This document shows positions 57,704-64,000 of a DNA stretch of 64,000 nucleotides, piece by piece. The notes beneath the pieces are model-generated. The model searched no databases. It was not told the DNA's origin and saw only the letters and a program-made list of their open reading frames with translations. Made by a program: the position numbers and the translations under genes. This stretch comes from an uncultured Candidatus Rokubacteria bacterium (lineage in GTDB: Bacteria; Methylomirabilota; Methylomirabilia; Rokubacteriales; CSP1-6): NCBI GenBank assembly GCA_963762145.1, contig CAVXJS010000011.1, positions 608,001 through 672,000 of the forward strand. The letters run 5' to 3'. Numbering within the stretch: position 1 is the first letter of the stretch; each line of letters opens with the position of its first letter.

Positions 57704-58293
57704 TCGGGATCACGATCGACGCGATCGCGGTCGGGGACAGTGCCCAGATCACCCGTCGGGTGACCGACGGCGACATCGCGGCGTTCGTGGACGCGGTGGG
57801 CGACCACAACCCGGTGCACGCGGATCGCGAGTACGCGGCCACCACACCGTTCAAGGAGCCGATCGCCCCGGGGATCTGGACCGCGGGGCTCATCTCGGCC
57901 GTCATCGGCACCCGGCTGCCTGGCCCGGGAGCGATCTATCTCTCGCAGGACCTGAAGTTCCTCAAGCCGGTGAAGGCGGGCGACTCGATCTCGGCCCGCG
58001 TCGAGGTCCTCGAGGTGCATCGCGAGCGGAACCGCGTCCGGCTCCGCACCGTGTGCACCAATCAGCGCGCGGAGGACGTCCTGACCGGTGAGGCGGTCGT
58101 GATGCCCTCGCGCACGCCGGTCGAGTACACGCGCCCCGCGGCGTCCATGAACGCGATGGCGCTCTGGACCCTCCCGCCGCTGGCCTGGATGGCGCAGGGC
58201 GCGGCGATCTGGGGCATGCTCGGGCTCTCCGCGCTCGCGGTTGCCGCGCCGGTCGCGCCTCCGCGCCCGCCCTCGCGCCCACTCTCGAGGTAG
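57700..58293 (+). CDS. phaJ: MaoC-type (R)-specific enoyl-CoA hydratase
   Basis: Motifs GDHNPVH, LPGPGAIYLSQDLKFLKPV. Confidence 0.82.
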   Translation: MIGITIDAIAVGDSAQITRRVTDGDIAAFVDAVGDHNPVHADREYAATTPFKEPIAPGIWTAGLISAVIGTRLPGPGAIYLSQDLKFLKPVKAGDSISARVEVLEVHRERNRVRLRTVCTNQRAEDVLTGEAVVMPSRTPVEYTRPAASMNAMALWTLPPLAWMAQGAAIWGMLGLSALAVAAPVAPPRPPSRPLSR

Positions 58294-58372
58294 ATCCCGC
58301 GTCCCACGCGTCACCCGCGCGTCCGGGCCCGCCTTGTGGGGGTCCGGACCCGGTGCTAGACTGAATTTCGTC

Positions 58373-58873
58373 ATGGCGTACGTCATCAAGCGCTACTCCA
58401 ATCGCAAGCTGTACGACACGCAGGAGAGTCGCTACGTCACGCTCGAAGAGCTCGAGGAGCTGATCCGGGCCGGCCGGGAGATCTCGGTGGTGGACGTGTC
58501 GACCGGCGAGGATCTCACCTCGGTCACGCTGGCCCAGATCATCCTGGAGAACGAGCGGAATCATCGGGCCGCGCTGCCCACCGTCTTCCTGCACCAGCTC
58601 ATCAAGCACGGCGAGGCCTGGCAGGACTTCGTGCAAAAGTCGCTGCGCTCGAGCCTCGAAGGGCTCATGACGAGCCAGCGCGAGGCGGACCGGGTGCTGC
58701 GGGAATGGGTCTCGCGCGCCGGATGGCTCAACGCCACGGGGACCGAGCCGGCGACCAAGACCGAGAAGCGGGCGGAGCCCGCCGAGGCCGACGCGCTGCG
58801 GGAGGAAGTGACGGTGCTGCGGGAGCAGCTGCGCACCCTCGAAGAGCGACTCGAGAAGAAGCGCGAGAAGTAA
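58373..58873 (+). CDS. phaR: PHA accumulation regulator PhaR
   Basis: IKRYSNRKLYDT...YVTL...TGEDLT...LAQII DNA-binding domain. Confidence 0.9.
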   Translation: MAYVIKRYSNRKLYDTQESRYVTLEELEELIRAGREISVVDVSTGEDLTSVTLAQIILENERNHRAALPTVFLHQLIKHGEAWQDFVQKSLRSSLEGLMTSQREADRVLREWVSRAGWLNATGTEPATKTEKRAEPAEADALREEVTVLREQLRTLEERLEKKREK

Positions 58874-58877
58874 CGGC

Positions 58878-58911
58878 CCCGGCCGCGGGCCGGAGGTGGC
58901 CCGCGGCCGGG
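58878..58911. terminator. Hairpin between convergent phaR and phasin
   Basis: Perfect 14-bp stem CCCGGCCGCGGGCC-GGAGGT-GGCCCGCGGCCGGG. Confidence 0.65.
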
Positions 58912-58917
58912 AGCGCG

Positions 58918-59370
58918 TTAGGCGATGCGGGTGTAGAGGCCCTGCACCTTGCCGGTGAGCTGGGTGAAGGTGGCCTGGATCTCCTTGCCGGTGGTCTCCG
59001 CCGTCACCTGCATCCGCTCGGCCGAGCGGGACATGGCCTGGGCGGTGCCCTCGAAGACCTTGAAGGCCCGCTGCGCGGTCTCGACCGACTCCAGCACGCC
59101 CTTCTGGTAGAAGCTCATCGGATCGCGCGGGGCATCCGGCAGCTCGTCCTGACGCCGCTGCATGTACGACTGCCCTTCCTTCATCGCCTCGACCGCGGAC
59201 GACTGGAGCTCGGCATAGAGCCGCACGCCTTCCTTCGCGGTGCTTGCGGACAGGTCGACGAGGTCGCGGAGCACCTTCTGGTTGGCGTCCGCCATCAGGG
59301 AGAAGGCTTCCACCGTGCGGGTCGTGAGCTGGGCCAGGAACTCATTCGGCTGCATCGGGTTCGTCATCAT
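58918..59370 (-). CDS. Phasin-like granule protein
   Basis: AAGGAG RBS; 150-aa amphipathic helical protein with no Cys or Trp; next to phaR. Confidence 0.65.
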   Translation of the reverse strand: MMTNPMQPNEFLAQLTTRTVEAFSLMADANQKVLRDLVDLSASTAKEGVRLYAELQSSAVEAMKEGQSYMQRRQDELPDAPRDPMSFYQKGVLESVETAQRAFKVFEGTAQAMSRSAERMQVTAETTGKEIQATFTQLTGKVQGLYTRIA

Positions 59371-59412
59371 CGCTCGCTCCTTGTTGTCGGGGTTGATCTG
59401 GGCTACGGGGGA

Positions 59413-59462
59413 AGGATAACGCGGTGCGTAACGATGGTCAAGAGTTTTATCGCGTCGCGTCA
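59413..59462 (-). promoter_or_regulatory. Phasin promoter with two TNACGC-N3-GCGTNA-like boxes
   Basis: Minus strand TTGACC-17-TATCCT. Boxes TAACGC-GGT-GCGTAA (59417-59431) and TATCGC-GTC-GCGTCA (59448-59462). Confidence 0.62.
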
Positions 59463-59521
59463 TCCCGCGCATGGTATACGAGTGTCTCCGACGAGATGCA
59501 CGTCCGTAACCCATCGAAAAC

Positions 59522-61032
59522 ATGACGCTAGCGCGCCTGGCCGAGGACGGCCTCGACAAGTACGGTGAGTACGTCGCCCTCGCGTTCGAGGGGCGACAGT
59601 ACACCAACCTGGATCAGCAGCAGGCCGCTTCCCGGCTCGCGCACGCGCTCCGGCGCCTGGGCGTGGCGGCGGGCGATCGCGTCGTGGTGATGCTCCCGAA
59701 CTGCCCCGAGGTCATCCAGAGCTACGGGGCGATCCTCAAGTGCGGCGCGGTCATCGTGCCGATCATCTTCCTGCTCGGCGACAAGGAGGTGACCCACATC
59801 CTGGCCGACTCCGAGGCCAAGGTGGTGATCACGTCCATCGACATGCTGTGGAAGGTGGAGGGCCAGATCGGCGTGCTGCCCACCCTGCGCCACGTCCTGC
59901 TGGCCGACGGCGAGGGTGACGGCCGGACGCGCTCCCTGGCCGCGGAGACCGCGGCCGAGTCCACGACCTTCACGCACGGTGGACCGCGGGCCGGACGATC
60001 TCGCGGTCATCCTCTACACGTCCGGGACGACCGGCGTGCCCAAGGGCGTGGCCCTGTCCCACGACAACCTCGAGTCCAATGCGCGCGCGGCCGCGTCGCT
60101 CAACGAGCTGGGGCGAGAGGACTGGGCGGTGGCGGTGCTGCCCCTGTCGCATTCCTACGGTCTCACCGTGATGAACGCCGGGCACATCCTCGGCACGCGC
60201 GCGGCGCTGCTGCGCTGGTTCCATCCCGAAGCGGTGCTGCAGGCGATCCAGGAGTTCAGGGCGGTCTCGATGTCCGCGGTGCCCGACGATGCTCATCTAC
60301 CTCCTCAATTATCCCGACGCGGAGCGTTTCGACACGCTCGTCGATGCGCGCGTGGGGATCCGGCGCGGCGCCGCTGCCGGTCGAGATCGTCGAGCCCTTC
60401 GAGAAGAAGTTCGGCGGGCGCATTCTCGAGGGCTACGGGCTCACCGAGGCCTCGCCGGTGGTGTCGGCGCACCGCCTCTCGGGACCGCGCAAGCTCGGCT
60501 CGGTCGGACGGGCCATCCCCGGCGTGACCATCTCGATCCAGGACGACGACGGCCGGGCGCTGCCCGCGGACGAGATCGGGGAGGTCTGCGTGCGGGGGCC
60601 CAACGTGATGACCGGCTACTACCGCAACCCGGAGGAGACGGCCCGCACCGTGCGTGGGGGGTGGCTCCACACCGGCGACATGGGGCGGCTCGACGCGGAC
60701 GGCTTCCTCTTCATCGTCGAGCGCAAGAAGGACCTGATCATCCGCGGTGGCTTCAATATCTATCCCCGGGAGGTCGAGGAGGCGCTGTACGCCCATCCCG
60801 CAGGTGGCGGAGGCGGCGGTGGTCGGCATGAAGGACCCGGTGATGGGCGAGGACGTGGTGGCCTTCGTGGTCCTCAAGGACGGCGAGCGCGCCACCGCGG
60901 CCGGAGATCGCCGCGTTCTGCGAGACTCGCCTCGCGCGCTTCAAGTGCCCGAAGCAGGTCCGCTTCGTGGATTCGCTCCCCAAGAGCCCGATCGGGAAGA
61001 TTTTACGCAAAGAGCTCCGCACACAGGTGTGA
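59522..61032 (+). CDS. Long-chain fatty acid--CoA ligase (several frameshifts)
   Basis: Motifs YTSGTTGVPKG, EGYGLTE, LHTGD, RKKDLIIRGG, PKSPIGK. Confidence 0.85.
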
Positions 61033-61042
61033 GGGGGCGACC

Positions 61043-62838
61043 ATGGCCAACGACACTCTGGCGAGCATGTTCTGGAACCGGGTGGAGCAAGACCGAGATC
61101 GCGCGGCCCAGCGGTACAAGGCGCGACGGCACCTGGCACACGCTCACGCTGGCGCCAGGTGGGCGAGATCGTGCGCGAGCTGGCCACCGGGCTGCTCGCG
61201 CTCGGGCGTCGGAAGGGCGACGCGATCGGCATTCTCTCGGCGAGCCGCGCGGAATGGGTGCAGGCCGACTTCGCGATCTTCTCGGCGGGGTGCCGCACGA
61301 TTCCGATCTACCCGACCTATCCGCCCGACCTGATCCAGTACCTCGTCAACGACGCGGGCATGAAGACCCTCTTCGTCGAGGACCCGGGCCAGCTCGCCAA
61401 GGTGCTCGAGGTGCAGGGGAAGATGGAGGGGCTCGAGCAGATCGTGGTGATGCAAGGCTACGAGGGCGAGGCCTCGCCGCGGATCATGACCTGGGACCGA
61501 GCTGCGCCGCCTGGGGCGCGACAACGTGGAGCGCCTGAAGAGCGATCTCGCGGGGCGGGTGGCCGAGGTCCGGCCGGAGGACATCGCGACGATCGTCTAC
61601 ACCTCCGGCACCACCGGGCCGCCGAAGGGCGTCGTGCAGACCCACGGCAACCACATCGCCACGCTGGAGTCGGCGGCCAAGATGGACACCATCGAGGACG
61701 GAGGCGACCCACCTGCTCTTCCTGCCGCTCGCGCACTCCTTCGCGCGCCTCGAGTCGTTCCTGGGCGTGTACCGCGGGCTCACCACCGCGTTCGCGGAGA
61801 ACATCGACAAGCTGCGCGACAACCTGCCCGAGGTGAAGCCCGACTTCATCTGCAGCGTGCCGCGCGTGTTCGAGAAGGTCTACGCGGGCGTCATCGCCAA
61901 GGCGGAGGCGGGCTCGCCGCTCAAGAAGAAGATCTTCCACTGGGCGGTCGGCGTCGGCCGCGAGGTCTCGCGGCTGCAGCAGGCCAGGAAGCCGGTGCCG
62001 GCCGGCCTCGCCTTCAAGCACCGCCTGGCCGACAAGCTCGTGTTCTCGAAGATCCACGCGGCCCTGGGCGGGCGGCTGCGCTTCGCGGTCTCGGGGGGCG
62101 CGCCGCTCTCCAAGGAGATCGCCGAGTTCTTCCACGCCGCGGGCATCCTGATCCTGGAGGGCTACGGCCTCACCGAGACCTGCCCCTCGCTGACCTTCAA
62201 CCGGCTCCAGACGCTTCAAGTTCGGGTCGGTGGGCCAGGCGCAGCCCGGCATCGAGGTGAAGATCGCGCCCGACGGCGAGATCCTCGGCCGCGGGGCCAA
62301 CATCGCCAAGGGCTACTTCAAGAAGCCGGAGGCCACCGCGGAGGTGTTCCTGGCCGACGGCTGGTTCGCGACCGGCGACATCGGCAGGATCGACGAGGAC
62401 GGCTTCCTCTTCATCACCGACCGGAAGAAGGACCTCATCGTGACCGCGGGCGGCATGAACATCGCGCCCCAGAACATCGAGAACCTGCTCAAGGGCGATC
62501 CGTTCATCAGCCAGGCGATGGTGCACGGCGACAAGCGCCCGTACCCGGTGGCCCTCCTCACCCTGAACCCGGAGGAGCTGGCGAAGTTCGCCAAGGAGCA
62601 GGGGATCCTGAACCTGGATCCCGCGTCCCTCGCCAAGCATCCGAAGGTGGTCGATCGGGTGAGCCGCATCGTGGAGGCGCGCAACGGCGAGCTGCAGTCC
62701 TACGCCAAGGTCAAGAAGTTCGCGATCCTGCCCGGCGACTTCACGGTGGACAACGGCCTGCTCACGCCCACGCTGAAGGTCAAGCGGCGGATCATCACCG
62801 ACCAGCACCGGGAGCTCCTCGATTCCCTCTACCGATAA
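61043..62838 (+). CDS. Long-chain fatty acid--CoA ligase, FadD15-like (several frameshifts)
   Basis: Motifs YTSGTTGPPKG, VPRVFEK, EGYGLTE, TGDIG, DRKKD, LTPTLKVKR. Confidence 0.85.
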
Positions 62839-62872
62839 TCCGGCCGCGGCCGCCCAGCGCCTCGACGGCCGC

Positions 62873-63604
62873 GTGGCCATCGTCACCGGGGCGAGCCGGG
62901 GCCTCGGGCGCGCGATGGCGGTGGCCCTGGCGCAGGCGGGCGCCGACGTGGCGGTGGCCGCCCGCGCCCGGCCCGATCTCGAGGAGACGGCGAGACTGAT
63001 CACCGCGGCGGGCCGGCGGGCCCTCGTGGTGGAGACCGATGTCACCGCGTATCCCCAGGTGGAGGCGCTCGTGCGCCGCACCATCGCGGAGCTGGGCGGC
63101 CTGCACGTGGTGGTGAACAACTCCGGCATCGCGCGCGTGGCCCCGGTGGCCCAGATGTCGCCGGAGGACTTCCGCGCCACGCTCGAGGTCAACCTGGTCG
63201 GCGTCTTCAACGGTTGCCGCGCCGCCGCCGCGCACCTGCTGGCGCAGAAGTCGGGCAAGGTCATCAACCTCTCGTCGGTGCTGGGGCAGGCGGGCCTGCC
63301 CGGCTACAGCGCGTACGCGGCATCCAAGAGCGGGGTCATGGGTTTCACCCGCGCGCTCGCCGCGGAGTGGGCGCGTCACGGCATCCAGGTCAACGCGATC
63401 GCGCCGGGCTGGTTCGTCACCGAGATGAACGCGGAGGCGTTCGCGGACGAGCGCACGCGCGACCGGCTGCTCCGCGACGTGCCGCTCCGGCGCACCGGCC
63501 GCCTCGACGAGATCGGTCCACTCGCGGTCTACCTGGCCTCCGCCGCCTCCGACTTCATGACCGGCCAGACGCTCTTCCTCGATGGCGGCCACTCGGCGGT
63601 CTGA
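62873..63604 (+). CDS. SDR oxidoreductase (KduD/FabG-like; start uncertain, RLDGR precedes)
   Basis: Motifs TGASRGLG, VNNSG, YAASK, NAIAPG, MTGQTLFLDGG. Confidence 0.85.
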   Translation: MAIVTGASRGLGRAMAVALAQAGADVAVAARARPDLEETARLITAAGRRALVVETDVTAYPQVEALVRRTIAELGGLHVVVNNSGIARVAPVAQMSPEDFRATLEVNLVGVFNGCRAAAAHLLAQKSGKVINLSSVLGQAGLPGYSAYAASKSGVMGFTRALAAEWARHGIQVNAIAPGWFVTEMNAEAFADERTRDRLLRDVPLRRTGRLDEIGPLAVYLASAASDFMTGQTLFLDGGHSAV

Positions 63605-64000
63605 GGCCGGGCGCCCCCGCGCGCCCCGACCGCCGGCCCGCCTCGCGCTCCACCCGGCGCCCCTCGCCGAGTGCGTCATCTGCGGGCCCGAGAGCCGCAC
63701 CGGCCTGCGCGTGCGCTTCCGGCGTAGAGGCGACGCGATCGTTGGCTCGTTCACGCCGGGCCGCGCCCAGCAGGGCTATCGCGGCCTCATGTCGGGCGGC
63801 CTCCTCGCCGCGATCTTCGACTGCCTGCACTATCGCCTGGCGCTGGTGCGCGGCGTGGTCCTGGCGGTGACCGCGCGGATCGAGGTGGACTACCGCGCGC
63901 CGGTCCCCCTGGGCCGTCCGGTGCGCTTCGAGGCCCGGCTGGTCGCCCGGCGCGGCCGCGTCTTCGACACGCGCGCGGTGGCGCGCCTGGCGGGTGGCAT
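63582..64000 (+). CDS. PaaI-type hotdog thioesterase (3'-truncated)
   Basis: CVICG, QQGYRGLMSGGLLAAIFD, VTARIEVDYRAPVP. Confidence 0.75.
   Translation, partial: MAATRRSEAGRPRAPRPPARLALHPAPLAECVICGPESRTGLRVRFRRRGDAIVGSFTPGRAQQGYRGLMSGGLLAAIFDCLHYRLALVRGVVLAVTARIEVDYRAPVPLGRPVRFEARLVARRGRVFDTRAVARLAGG

Overview
GC-rich bacterial chromosomal window with about 70 genes. It contains no rRNA, tRNA, CRISPR array or transposase. Gene content and intergenic palindromes resemble Ca. Rokubacteria/Methylomirabilota, but that is an inference. Many genes carry 1-nt indels, most likely long-read errors. Main blocks: (1) catabolic/transport genes (GGT, HpcH aldolase, DehI-like protein, amidase, DctP) and a two-component pair. 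(2) A tightly coupled minus-strand operon (9610-18568): M20 peptidase, DMFase-like large subunit, selenium accessory protein YqeC, Cys-less class V PLP lyase, phosphotriesterase-like protein, NHL propeller, a DsbA/FrnE-like protein with an in-frame UGA (UxxC) plus a SECIS-like hairpin (probable selenoprotein, truncated by the ORF track), and a VOC protein. (3) P450, fumC, chrA and a GGDEF-EAL/GAF-kinase operon with a sigma54 promoter. (4) A short mosaic of gene remnants. (5) A TRAP transporter, sirtuin and CoA-metabolism genes. (6) An NtrC-type activator followed by a sigma54 promoter and a stand-alone near-copy of its own HTH. (7) A fatty-acid/PHA cluster (TetR, crotonase, SDR, SCP2, phaC, phaE-like, phaJ-like, phaR, phasin, two acyl-CoA ligases) with a recurring TNACGC-N3-GCGTNA operator-like palindrome. 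Several genes appear to be leaderless.
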